Source: an uncultured Gemmatimonadales bacterium
GTDB taxonomy: Bacteria; Gemmatimonadota; Gemmatimonadetes; Gemmatimonadales; GWC2-71-9
Assembly (NCBI GenBank): GCA_963771275.1
Contig: CAVYSW010000009.1
Span: 32,001-96,000 of the forward strand
Direction: 5' to 3'
Length of the DNA stretch: 64,000 nucleotides
The notes beneath the pieces were generated by a model. It had not been told where the DNA came from. It searched no databases and saw nothing but the letters and a program-made list of their open reading frames with translations. The translations under genes were made by a program, and so were the position numbers. Positions within the stretch are counted from its first letter, which is position 1. Each line of letters opens with the position of its first letter. Below, piece by piece: positions 18,805 to 29,389 of this stretch.

Positions 18805-19098
18805 TCAGCGTCCATCCGGGAGCTTGGCATCGTCGCGGCCGCGCACCAGCACGCGCTCGGCAAAGTCCATGCGCTCGCCCAGCTCGACCAGCTCGGTGCG
18901 GAGCTGGGCCACCTGGTCGCTCAGCTCGAGCACCGTCTCCTCCAGGCGGCGCTGCTCCTCGGGATCGCCCGTCTCACGGTGCCGGCGGGCGCCGCCCCTG
19001 CCGTAGCCGTACTTGTAGGACAGCGACATCCGAACGATGGACGTGACCATCGACCCGGCGATGGCGACGATCACGATGGTCAGAATGAACCCGGGCAT
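18805..19098 (-). CDS. Small single-TM coiled-coil protein (paralogue 1)
   Basis: MPGFILTIVIVAIAG...LGERMDFAERVLVRGR; GGAGG upstream. Confidence 0.8.
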   Translation of the reverse strand: MPGFILTIVIVAIAGSMVTSIVRMSLSYKYGYGRGGARRHRETGDPEEQRRLEETVLELSDQVAQLRTELVELGERMDFAERVLVRGRDDAKLPDGR

Positions 19099-19177
19099 GT
19101 CAGGGCGCCTCCGCGCTGGGGTCCTTACGGGGGCCGCGGCCCGAGGTTTCGCGCTGCAACGGAGCCGCGCCGCCGCA

Positions 19178-19522
19178 TCACGTGGCCCGGCGCTGCAGCG
19201 CGCCCACCAGCGCCGCGGCCGCGGCGGCGGCGATTGCCGGGAGCGCGAGGGTGAGCAGGAGCGGCACCCATCCCGGAACGCCCATGATGCCACCGAGCTT
19301 GCGGGACAGCTCTCCCACGGGGCCGGCGGTCGCGCGCAGGGCGAGCAGCAGCACCCAGCCGAGGGCCGCGCCCACCGCGCTCGTCGCGACCGGGTACCCT
19401 TCCCCCCGCGCGGCCGCTCCCCAGGCAGCGGCCACCAGCGGGACCGTCCACCACCCAATCCACCACGTCGCACCCGCCACGGCGAGTGCCAGGACGCCGA
19501 TCTGGACCAGCGCGCGCCTCAT
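19178..19522 (-). CDS. Small integral membrane protein
   Basis: Hydrophobic helices; ATGA overlap with the upstream acylase. Confidence 0.7.
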   Translation of the reverse strand: MRRALVQIGVLALAVAGATWWIGWWTVPLVAAAWGAAARGEGYPVATSAVGAALGWVLLLALRATAGPVGELSRKLGGIMGVPGWVPLLLTLALPAIAAAAAAALVGALQRRAT

Positions 19523-22008
19523 CGCCGTCCTCCCGTCGCCACGACCTCACGCAGTCGCCGCTCCGCCGGCAGCGCCGCCGGGTCCGTGGGGAACGGCAGC
19601 TCGTCGAGCTCGCCGTTGGCCCATTTCGGGATGCGGTCGGCGTACCACGGACTGAGCGGATTGCCCGACTGGCCGCCGGGGTAGACGCCCCACGCACGCA
19701 CCACGGGGCCAAGGTCCACGACCATGCGCCAGCTGGCGCCGTGCGTCCCGCTGCCCGCCGACGGGTTCAGCAGTCCGGGCCCGCCCTGGACCGGGATGTC
19801 GAGCGCGGAGAGGCTCCGCATGCGCAGCAGGTGCCAGATGTTCTGGTGGCGCACCGCGTCCCAGCGCCAGCCGCCCCGGTCGGGGGGGCCGTGTTCCGCG
19901 ACCAGCCGGCGATAGCCGGACGCGAGACTCGCGGCGAGGATCTGATCGCGCGTTTCCACGACGGCCGGTGTCCGGTGGTCGTCCCACCACGGGCTCGACG
20001 GCCGGCGCAGCAGGGCGGCGAGCACGGTGCTGGACGGCGAGAACGTGCGCCGGCCCGTCGTGTCGCCCGGGACGGCCAGCTCGTCCCAGGTGGCGGCGTC
20101 GAGCGCCTGCATGGCATACTCGAACAGCACCGCCCGCTCGTTGTCCTTGGTGTAGCGCCGGTCCCACTCGCCGAGCAGCCGCGCGGCGGTGCGCATGTCG
20201 TCGGTCGCGCGGCCCGCCAGGGCCTCCCGCTCGACCGCCCCCAGCAGCTCGGGCGCGAACCAGTCGGCGCGCGCGCTCCCCGGATCCGTCTGGAAGCGGC
20301 GCATCGCCTCGGGCGTGATCGACGAGTCGCGACGCAGCAGCGTGTTGATCCAGATGGCCCGCCAGGGCGCCGGCCAGTTGGCGCCGAGGTAGGTGGAATC
20401 CGCGGCGGGGTCGACGGGCTGCTGGTTGGCGGACGCCAAGTACCCCTGGGCCGGGTCGAGGGCGTAGGGGAACTGCGCCGGCGGCAGGAAGCCGCGCCAG
20501 TCGCTCGCGCTGGTGCCGCCGTCACGGATCGTGAGGCCGTTCCCGCCCGGCGGACGGATCGGATAGGCGCCCGCGGACAGCACGGCGATCTCGCCGCTCC
20601 GGTCGGCCACCACGCCGTTCTGGATCGGCGCGCGGAACGGCTCCATCGCCCGCACCCACTCGGCGACCGAGTGCGCGTGCGCGGCGTGCCACAGCGCGAG
20701 CACCGCGTCCTGCCGCTCGAGCACCGTCCACCGCATCGAGCGCGCGTGGCCCCCGGCGCGCAGCAGCGGGCCGCGCTGCGTGAAGTACAGCGTATCCACG
20801 GCGAGCACCGCGCCGTTCGGACCACGGTACGTCTCGAGCTGACTCTCCAGCGGGCGCCACGCGCCGTCCAGCTGGTAGCGGGTGGGGCTGACGGAGTCGT
20901 CGAGCACCTCGTCATAGAAGTCGAGCGCGTCGGCGCCGGTGTTCGTGAAGCTCCACGCGATGTCGCGGTTGAATCCGATCGGCACGATCGGGCCGCCGGG
21001 GAACGTGACGCCGTAGACGTCGAGCTCGCCGGCCACGACGAGGTGGGCCTCGAACCAGATGGAGGGCAGTGAGAGATCGAGGTGCGGATCACCGGCCAGC
21101 AGGGCGTGCCCGTCGGCCGAGCGCCACGGCGCGACCACCCAATTGTTGCTGGCCTCGCCCCGCTCCTCCCCCCCCCTCTCTTCTCTGCTCCCCTGCCCCT
21201 CTCCCCCCGGGGCGGTGTGGCCGGGCAGGGGAATCTCCCCCCCCTCCACCCGCAGTCCCGTCCGGGTCGGGACGATCGGCTCCTGGATCGGGCTGTTCAC
21301 CGGCATCAGGGCGGCGGCGGTCGCGGGACCGACGGCGGCGGTGAGCCGCTCGTAGGTCAGCTCCTCGGGCAGGTAGGCCAGCACATACCCCATCCGCTTC
21401 ATGAGGGAGAAGCTGTTCACCGGTTGCCAGCGCGCCGGCCGGACGCCGAGCAGGCGGTACTCGAGCGGGAGGTCGCCGGGGCCGAGCTCGTCGATCCGCG
21501 CGTTGACGCCTTCGGCGTAGGCGTTCACGAGGCGCGCCAGCTCGGACGTGGAATCGAGCGCCGCGTACTCGGCCGTCGCGCTCCGGGCGAGACCGAGCCG
21601 GCGCTGCTCGCGGTCGAACCCGAGCACGGCCGGCCCGAGCCACTCGCTCAGCGTCCCGTTGGTGGCCCGCGTCTGGAGCTCGAGCTGAAACAGGCGGAAC
21701 CGCGCGTGCAGGTAGCCGAGCATGCGGGCGGCGTCGGCGGTGGTGCGCGCGAAGATGTGCGGCACCGCGCGCTCGTCGAACACGACGCGGACGCTGTCGG
21801 CCAGCGTCGGCAGGGTGATGCGCGCGCCCGGGAGATCGGGGGCCGCGGCCACCGCCCACACGCCGTGCGCCGGGTCGAGGAACGTCCCGAGCGGCGGCAG
21901 CGCCCCGACCCGCCGGAACCCCGCGAACAGGACGGCCGCGAGCACGACCGCCGGCCCCCCCGCGCGCAGGCCGCGCCCGACCCACCGCACGAGGCGCTCG
22001 CGTGGCAT
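19519..22008 (-). CDS. Penicillin acylase family Ntn-hydrolase
   Basis: VPHIFA, ASNNWVV (catalytic Ser), LAGDPHL, GASWRMVV, YPGGQSGNP. Confidence 0.93.
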   Translation of the reverse strand: MPRERLVRWVGRGLRAGGPAVVLAAVLFAGFRRVGALPPLGTFLDPAHGVWAVAAAPDLPGARITLPTLADSVRVVFDERAVPHIFARTTADAARMLGYLHARFRLFQLELQTRATNGTLSEWLGPAVLGFDREQRRLGLARSATAEYAALDSTSELARLVNAYAEGVNARIDELGPGDLPLEYRLLGVRPARWQPVNSFSLMKRMGYVLAYLPEELTYERLTAAVGPATAAALMPVNSPIQEPIVPTRTGLRVEGGEIPLPGHTAPGGEGQGSREERGGEERGEASNNWVVAPWRSADGHALLAGDPHLDLSLPSIWFEAHLVVAGELDVYGVTFPGGPIVPIGFNRDIAWSFTNTGADALDFYDEVLDDSVSPTRYQLDGAWRPLESQLETYRGPNGAVLAVDTLYFTQRGPLLRAGGHARSMRWTVLERQDAVLALWHAAHAHSVAEWVRAMEPFRAPIQNGVVADRSGEIAVLSAGAYPIRPPGGNGLTIRDGGTSASDWRGFLPPAQFPYALDPAQGYLASANQQPVDPAADSTYLGANWPAPWRAIWINTLLRRDSSITPEAMRRFQTDPGSARADWFAPELLGAVEREALAGRATDDMRTAARLLGEWDRRYTKDNERAVLFEYAMQALDAATWDELAVPGDTTGRRTFSPSSTVLAALLRRPSSPWWDDHRTPAVVETRDQILAASLASGYRRLVAEHGPPDRGGWRWDAVRHQNIWHLLRMRSLSALDIPVQGGPGLLNPSAGSGTHGASWRMVVDLGPVVRAWGVYPGGQSGNPLSPWYADRIPKWANGELDELPFPTDPAALPAERRLREVVATGGRR

Positions 22009-22310
22009 CAGCAGGTCATCCGGTGAAAGCCCGTGAGCTGGCGCACTGGTGCATCTCCCTGTCGGAAGCGGGGACCGTGGCGGGTCGGTGGTGGAAGATA
22101 CGAACGGGCCGCAACGGAAATCCAGATCAGCGGGGAAGAAGGGGCAGAGATGAGAGGATCCCCCTCACCCCTGCCCCGCTTCCCCTAGGGGTAGGGACGG
22201 CCGCGGGGCTGGGTCCGGGGGTGGGGTCGTCGCGCCGCGTACCGCCTCGTATCTTTCAGGGTGTCGCACCGTTCACAGGAGCCGTTGGCACCATTGGCGC
22301 CGGAGGACAC

Positions 22311-23657
<1,347 letters not shown>

Positions 23658-23780
23658 GCGATAGCCGATAGCCGATAGCCGTTAGCCGTTAGCCGATAGT
23701 ACGAAGGAGCCCCGGGGGTCTTCCCCGGGGCTTCCGGCTTCCTACCATCGATCGGCTGTCGGCCATCGGCCATCGGCTAC
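23658..23780. repeat. Inverted arrays of 7-bp repeats (GCCGATA/GCCGTTA versus ATCGGCC)
   Basis: gatagccgatagccgatagccgttagccgttagccgatag ... atcggctgtcggccatcggccatcggcta. Confidence 0.8.
23706..23735. terminator. Hairpin terminator between convergent genes
   Basis: GGAGCCCCGGGG-gtctt-CCCCGGGGCTTCC. Confidence 0.6.
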
Positions 23781-25660
23781 CCCCCGATCCCCGGAATCCC
23801 GATCAGCGCTTTCGCCCGGGCTTCGAGATCCCGCTTGGCCTGATCGAGCCGCTGCCGCTCGGCGGCCACCCGGTCGAGCGCCTGCGTCTGGAACGCGCTC
23901 ACCGCATCCTGGGCCTGGGTGACCCGCTGATCCACGAGCGCGTCCACCCGCGCGCGGACGGTGGCTTCGGTCTCGGCGAGCTGCCGGCCGACCTGCTCGC
24001 GCAGGCCATCGGCCACCGCGCGCGCCACGTTGGACCCCACGGCGAGCCGCGGCCGTTGCACCGACCCGGTGAGCCGGGCGTCGATCCGCACGTCGGTGAG
24101 CCCCGTGAGCGTGCGCCACAGGATGCCCTCGGCGGCGCCCTGCAGCGACTGCCCCACGGCCCGCGCATCGAGCCGCCCTCCCCCGGCCGCTGCGGCCGGC
24201 GCTGCCGCCCCGGCCGTGTCGGCAAGGCGTCCCCAGTGCAGGTCGGACGACGACCACGTGAACCGCGTGTCGAGGCTGTCGCCCACGCGGCGCAGCACCA
24301 GCTCGGTGGTGCCGCGTCCCAACCCCAGCTCCGCGCCGAGCGGGGCGAGGGCGATCGTCGGGAGCCGCACGTCCCCGACGAACGCGCTGAGCGAATCCCG
24401 GATCGTCTGACCGACGTGGTTCAGCAGCCCGCCCACCCGCACCGTCCCCGGTCCCACCCTGCCCTCGGTGCGCGCGGCCTGGAACGTGGTCGGTCGCCCG
24501 AGCAGGTCCGGATCCGACGTCGCGTCCACCACCCGCGCGGCGTAGTTGCCCGCGCCGGCCCCGCTGCCGCCGATCGCGAGGGTGGCTTCCGCGAGGTGCA
24601 GCAGGAAGCTCGGCAGGCGCTCTCGCTGCGGGAACACGACGGTGCTGCCGGCCGCGCGCGCGCGATCGGGGCCCTGGTGCAGCCGCGCCTTGAGGCCCGG
24701 CGGCATGTACCGCTCGGCGATCCCCAGCCAATAGAGCACCGGCGCGAGCTGCTGGGCCGCGAACCGGCCGAACAGCGCGGGCCCGAGGCTGGGCGCGTCG
24801 AGCGAAGGCAGCTTGAGCAGCCCCATGGCGTACGCGTAGTCGACGCGGCGGGCGTCGGCCAGGGCGGCAAGCCCGCCCCGCGCCCGGGCCACCCCGGAGT
24901 CGACGCCGCGTTGCAGCCCCGCCAGTCGATTGTCGAGCTGCGTGAGCGCGGTGATCGTGCGCTGGGCGGAGCTCGCGGCGTCGCGCGCCCCGGCGAGGCC
25001 GAGCGAGCGCACGCTCTGGCCCTCGAGCCGCTGCGCGAGCGCCACGGCGGAGTCGATCTGCGGCCGCGGATCGAGCTGGGTCACACGCTCGAGCCACGCG
25101 GCGCGCGCCGAGTCGGCCAGCGCCGCGAGGGCGCGCGCCTGGCGCAGCGTGGTGAGGCTCTCGGGCGAGACCGCTTCCACGTTCACCGCCCGCCCGAGTC
25201 CCGCGAGCGAGAACTCGGGGATCGGCAGCTGCGCGAGCCACGACTGGACCGCCCGCCCGACTTCGCCGGAGCGGCCTTGGGGATCGGCGATCGCGCCCGA
25301 CGTGCGGCGCGGCGTGCCGAACCGGAGCCCGCGGAACGCGACGGTGTCGATGATGACCTTCTTCTCGAGCAGCGGCGCCATGCGGACGTTCACGACGATC
25401 CGGTCGGCCTCGATCAGGTTGGTCATCGGGCTGCGCGGGTTCGTGACCGCGAGGCCCTCGAGCATCACCACGCCGTCGCGCAGCCGCACGTCGGCGGCGG
25501 CGAGATCGACCTTCGCCCCGACGAACGCCGTGCCCCCGGCCTCCACGCCGCGGCGCACCAGCGAGTCGGCCAGCAGCCAGTACAGCACGCCCACCAGCAC
25601 CAGGAACGCCGCCAGCGGGCCGATCGCCTTCCAGCGAAACAGCTTGCGGCGGGGCGTCAT
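23777..25660 (-). CDS. TIGR03545-like (AsmA-related) membrane-anchored protein
   Basis: MTPRRKLFRWKAIGPL TM, GAKVDLAAAD...LAVTNP; ATGA-coupled to the TIGR03546-like gene. Confidence 0.75.
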   Translation of the reverse strand: MTPRRKLFRWKAIGPLAAFLVLVGVLYWLLADSLVRRGVEAGGTAFVGAKVDLAAADVRLRDGVVMLEGLAVTNPRSPMTNLIEADRIVVNVRMAPLLEKKVIIDTVAFRGLRFGTPRRTSGAIADPQGRSGEVGRAVQSWLAQLPIPEFSLAGLGRAVNVEAVSPESLTTLRQARALAALADSARAAWLERVTQLDPRPQIDSAVALAQRLEGQSVRSLGLAGARDAASSAQRTITALTQLDNRLAGLQRGVDSGVARARGGLAALADARRVDYAYAMGLLKLPSLDAPSLGPALFGRFAAQQLAPVLYWLGIAERYMPPGLKARLHQGPDRARAAGSTVVFPQRERLPSFLLHLAEATLAIGGSGAGAGNYAARVVDATSDPDLLGRPTTFQAARTEGRVGPGTVRVGGLLNHVGQTIRDSLSAFVGDVRLPTIALAPLGAELGLGRGTTELVLRRVGDSLDTRFTWSSSDLHWGRLADTAGAAAPAAAAGGGRLDARAVGQSLQGAAEGILWRTLTGLTDVRIDARLTGSVQRPRLAVGSNVARAVADGLREQVGRQLAETEATVRARVDALVDQRVTQAQDAVSAFQTQALDRVAAERQRLDQAKRDLEARAKALIGIPGIGG

Positions 25661-26172
25661 GGCCGGAACAGGGTGTAGACGTTGTACAGCTTGGACGCCG
25701 TGACCGCCTGGAACGCGCGGGTCCGCCGCAGCCGCTCGTAGACCGTCGCGCGATACGTGGCGACCGCCCAGCGCAACAGGAAGAACAGCGGCACGAACGC
25801 GACGGCCCAGCAGACGAAGCTCCCGAGCACGATCGTGTTGTTGAAGTTCGTGAGCGGCACGACCGGGGCGTTGTAGCACCAGGTCCAGAACGGCGTCAGC
25901 GCCGGCAGCCCCACCAGCAGCGTGCGGCCGACGAGGTCGAACAGCGGGTCGAGCGCGAACCCCACGGGTACGAACACCGCCCAGCCGAGCATCACGCCGG
26001 GGAACGACACGTTGACGATGATCGCCAGGCTGAACAGCACGAGGTTATGGAGGTTCATCAGCGGCGTCAGCCCGAGCACGGCCCCCAGCGCGATCCCCGC
26101 GGCCACCTGGCCCGGCGTGCCCTCGGAGTTGAGCGCCTTGACCAGGGACTGGAGCAGCTTGAGGAGGAGCAT
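25657..26172 (-). CDS. TIGR03546-like membrane protein
   Basis: LNSEGTPGQVAAGIALGAVLGLTP...FNNTIVLGS. Confidence 0.8.
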   Translation of the reverse strand: MLLLKLLQSLVKALNSEGTPGQVAAGIALGAVLGLTPLMNLHNLVLFSLAIIVNVSFPGVMLGWAVFVPVGFALDPLFDLVGRTLLVGLPALTPFWTWCYNAPVVPLTNFNNTIVLGSFVCWAVAFVPLFFLLRWAVATYRATVYERLRRTRAFQAVTASKLYNVYTLFRP

Positions 26173-26208
26173 GGCCCGAATGTCGTCGGCGGAGGTCGAG
26201 TTGTCCAG

Positions 26209-26320
26209 AGAGTGAAAAGTGCGACGGGAAAAGTGAAAAGGGAGAGCGCGCACGAGGTCCGTTTTCACTCTTCACTTTTCACTTTTCACTTTTCACTCCA
26301 TCTCTCGCTTTTCACTCTCA
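26209..26320. repeat. Inverted arrays of 7-bp repeat GTGAAAA/TTTTCAC
   Basis: agtgaaaagtg...gaaaagtgaaaag ... ttttcactcttcacttttcacttttcacttttcac. Confidence 0.85.
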
Positions 26321-26337
26321 CGCCGTATCTTCCTGCC

Positions 26338-28482
26338 ATGTCCGCCCCCCCGCACCCGCACACGCTCGACCCGATTCTCCGGCCGCGTTCCATCGCGGTG
26401 ATCGGGGCGTCGCGGCAGCCGAACACGATCGGCTGGCAGATCCTCGACAACCTGCTGCGGTACGGGTTCCAGGGACCGGTTTACCCGGTGAACCCCAAGG
26501 CGGCGGCGATCCACTCGGTGCCGGCGTACCCGTCGGTCGGGGCGATCGGCGCGCCGGTGGATCTGGCCGTGATCACGGTCCCCAAGGACGCCGTGATCGC
26601 CGTCGCACGGGAGTGCGTCGCCGCCGGCGTGCGGGGGCTGGTGGTGATCTCGGCCGGGTTCAAGGAAGTGGGCGGCGCCGGGATCGAGCGGGAGCGGGTG
26701 CTACGCGAGGTGATCCGGGCGGCGGGCATCCGGATGGTGGGGCCCAACTGCATGGGGGTCATCAACACCGAGCCCGACGTGCAGATGAACGCGACGTTCG
26801 CGCCGATCACGCCGCCGCCCGGCCCCGTGGCGTTCATGAGCCAGTCGGGCGCGATGGGGCTGAGCGTGCTGGACTACGCGCACAGCCTGGGGATCGGGTT
26901 CTCCTCGTTCGTGTCCGCCGGCAACAAGGCCGACGTGAGCGGCAACGACTGCATCGAGTACTGGGAGCGCGACCCCCACACCTCGATGATCCTCATGTAC
27001 CTCGAGAATTTCGGCTCGCCCCGGCGGTTCGTGGAGCTGGGCCGGCGGGTCACGCGCGCCAAGCCGATCTGCGTGGTGAAGTCGGGCCGCACGGGGGCGG
27101 GCGCCCGGGCCGCCGCCTCGCACACGGGAGCCCTCGCCGGGGCGGAGCTCGCGACCGACGCGATCATCGCCCAGGCCGGCGCCATCCGGGCGCAGACGGT
27201 GGAAGAGCTGTTCGACCTGGCAATGGCGTTTTCGAACCAGCCGCTCCCCCAGGGCAACCGCGTGGCGATCGTGACCAACGCGGGCGGCCCGGGGATCATC
27301 ATCGCCGACGCCTGCGAGGCGGCCGGCATGGAGGTGGCGCGGCTCACCCCCGCGACGGAGGCCGAGCTGCGCGCGCAGCTGCCGGAAGAGGCGAGCGTGC
27401 GGAACCCGGTGGACATGATCGCGAGCGCGCGGCCGGAAGGCTACGAGTTCGCGCTCGACTGCGTGCTGCGCGATCCCAACGTGGACGCCGCGTTCGCCGC
27501 GTTCGTACCGCCGCTCGGCATCCAGACCCGTCACGTGGCGGAAGCGATCGTGCAGGTCAACGCTCGGCATCCCGACAAACCGCTGATCGCCGTGCTGATG
27601 GGGCGCGAGGGGCTGCCGGCTGGCCTCGCCGAGCTGCACGAGGCCAAGGTGCCCGCCTACATCTTCCCGGAATCGGCGGCCCGGGCGCTCGGCGCCATGT
27701 GGCGCTACCGGGAATACACCCGCCGGCAGCCCGGCCGGCCGGTGGCGTTCGCCACCGACGACGCCGCGGTCGCCGCGATCCTCGACGCGACCCTGGCCCG
27801 GGGGCACCATAAGGTGAGCGAGCCCGACGCGCTCAGGATCCTCGAGGCGTACGGCATCGCGGTGGCCCCCTGGCGGTTCGTGCCGGGCGCCGACCCGGCG
27901 CCGCTGGCATGCGACGCCGCCACGGCCGCGCGGGCGCTCGGCTTCCCGGTCGCGCTCAAGCTGGTCTCCCCCGACATCACGCATAAGACCGACGCCGGCG
28001 GCGTGGTGTTGGATCTGGAAGATGAAGACGCGGTGAGGCGAGCGGCGAGGGAGATGCTCGGGCAGGAGCGGCAGGAGCGGCAGACGGGGGAGGACGGGAG
28101 GGGGCTCCTGGTGCAGCAGATGGCGCCGCCGGGACGGGAGACGATCGTGGGCCTCACGCGCATGCCCGGCGTCGGCGCGATGGTGATGTTCGGGCTCGGC
28201 GGCGTGTACGTCGAGGTGCTGCGCGACGTCGTGCTGCGGCTCGCGCCCTTGCTCGACAGCGATGCCGCCCACATGGTCCGCGCGGTGCGCACCGCGAAGC
28301 TGCTCGAGGGCATCCGCGGCGAGCCGGCGCGCGACCTCGCCGCCCTCGAGGACGCGTTGCTCCGCGTGTCCCAGCTCGCCGAACGGCACCCGCGGATCGC
28401 GGAGATGGACGTCAATCCGCTGCTGGCGCTGGAGCGCGGGGCCGTGGCCCTGGATGCGCGCGTCCAGCTCGACGCCGCATGA
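26338..28482 (+). CDS. Acetate--CoA ligase (ADP-forming) family, CoA-binding plus ATP-grasp
   Basis: PRSIAVIGAS, GPNCMG, SQSGA, ASHTGAL, TNAGGPG, HKTDAGGV, MDVNPL. Confidence 0.92.
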   Translation: MSAPPHPHTLDPILRPRSIAVIGASRQPNTIGWQILDNLLRYGFQGPVYPVNPKAAAIHSVPAYPSVGAIGAPVDLAVITVPKDAVIAVARECVAAGVRGLVVISAGFKEVGGAGIERERVLREVIRAAGIRMVGPNCMGVINTEPDVQMNATFAPITPPPGPVAFMSQSGAMGLSVLDYAHSLGIGFSSFVSAGNKADVSGNDCIEYWERDPHTSMILMYLENFGSPRRFVELGRRVTRAKPICVVKSGRTGAGARAAASHTGALAGAELATDAIIAQAGAIRAQTVEELFDLAMAFSNQPLPQGNRVAIVTNAGGPGIIIADACEAAGMEVARLTPATEAELRAQLPEEASVRNPVDMIASARPEGYEFALDCVLRDPNVDAAFAAFVPPLGIQTRHVAEAIVQVNARHPDKPLIAVLMGREGLPAGLAELHEAKVPAYIFPESAARALGAMWRYREYTRRQPGRPVAFATDDAAVAAILDATLARGHHKVSEPDALRILEAYGIAVAPWRFVPGADPAPLACDAATAARALGFPVALKLVSPDITHKTDAGGVVLDLEDEDAVRRAAREMLGQERQERQTGEDGRGLLVQQMAPPGRETIVGLTRMPGVGAMVMFGLGGVYVEVLRDVVLRLAPLLDSDAAHMVRAVRTAKLLEGIRGEPARDLAALEDALLRVSQLAERHPRIAEMDVNPLLALERGAVALDARVQLDAA

Positions 28483-29387
28483 GAGTGTTCCTGACGGGCG
28501 GCACCGGCTTCGTCGGGCGGCACCTCGTGCGCGCCCTGGTGGCGCGCGACGCGGAGTGCGTCGTGGTCTCGCGCAGCGGGCGCGACCCCTGGTCGGACCC
28601 GCGGGTCCGGGTGGTGCGCGGCGATCCCGCGCGGTCGGGCCCCTGGCAGGCCGCCATCGCGGGCACCGATGCCGTGATCAACCTGGCGGGCGCCGTGATC
28701 GTCGACCCGCCGCACCGCTGGACCGAGAGCCGCAAGCTGCTGCTGCGGACCAGCCGGACCGAGGCCACGTTCTGCGTGGTCGAGGGCATGCGCGCCGCCG
28801 ATCCGCGACCGCACGTGCTGGTCTCCATGTCGGCGATGGGATACTACGGCTCGCGCGGCGACGCGGAGCTCGACGAAACGGCGCCACCGGGCGACGATTT
28901 CCTGGCGGGCCTGTGCGTGGAGTGGGAGGAGGCGGCGCGCAGCGCGCAGGATGTCGCCCGGGTGGCGATCCTGCGGTCCGGCATGGTGCTCGGTCCGGAC
29001 GGCGGCGTCCTCGAGCGCCTGCTGCCGCCGTTCCGGCTGGGGGTGGGCGGGCCGTGGGGCAGCGGCAGGCAGTGGTGGTCGTGGATCCACATCGCGGACC
29101 TGATCGGGCTGGTCGTGCTCCTGCTGGAACGGGACATCGCCGGAGCCGTGAACGCGACCACGCCCCACCCGGTCCCGGTGAACGAGTTCGCGCGCGTGCT
29201 CGGCGCCGCCCTGGGCCGGCCGGCGTTCACGCGCATGCCGGAGATCGCCCTGCGGGTGGCGCTGGGAGAGGCGGCCGACGCGCTGCTGGCGTCGCTCCGC
29301 GTGCTGCCGCGCCGCGCGCGCGACGCGGGCTACACGTTCCGGTTTCCCGAGCTCGCCGCCGCGCTGGCGGACGTGGTCCAGCGCTGA
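28479..29387 (+). CDS. TIGR01777-like NAD-dependent epimerase/oxidoreductase
   Basis: TGGTGFVG, INLAG, GSGRQWWSWIH. Confidence 0.9.
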   Translation: MRVFLTGGTGFVGRHLVRALVARDAECVVVSRSGRDPWSDPRVRVVRGDPARSGPWQAAIAGTDAVINLAGAVIVDPPHRWTESRKLLLRTSRTEATFCVVEGMRAADPRPHVLVSMSAMGYYGSRGDAELDETAPPGDDFLAGLCVEWEEAARSAQDVARVAILRSGMVLGPDGGVLERLLPPFRLGVGGPWGSGRQWWSWIHIADLIGLVVLLLERDIAGAVNATTPHPVPVNEFARVLGAALGRPAFTRMPEIALRVALGEAADALLASLRVLPRRARDAGYTFRFPELAAALADVVQR

Positions 29388-29389
29388 CG

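Noticed and set aside
23658..23700. Tandem repeats as a possible CRISPR array
   Set aside because: 7-bp units without unique spacers and no cas genes; the same holds for the other heptamer arrays.
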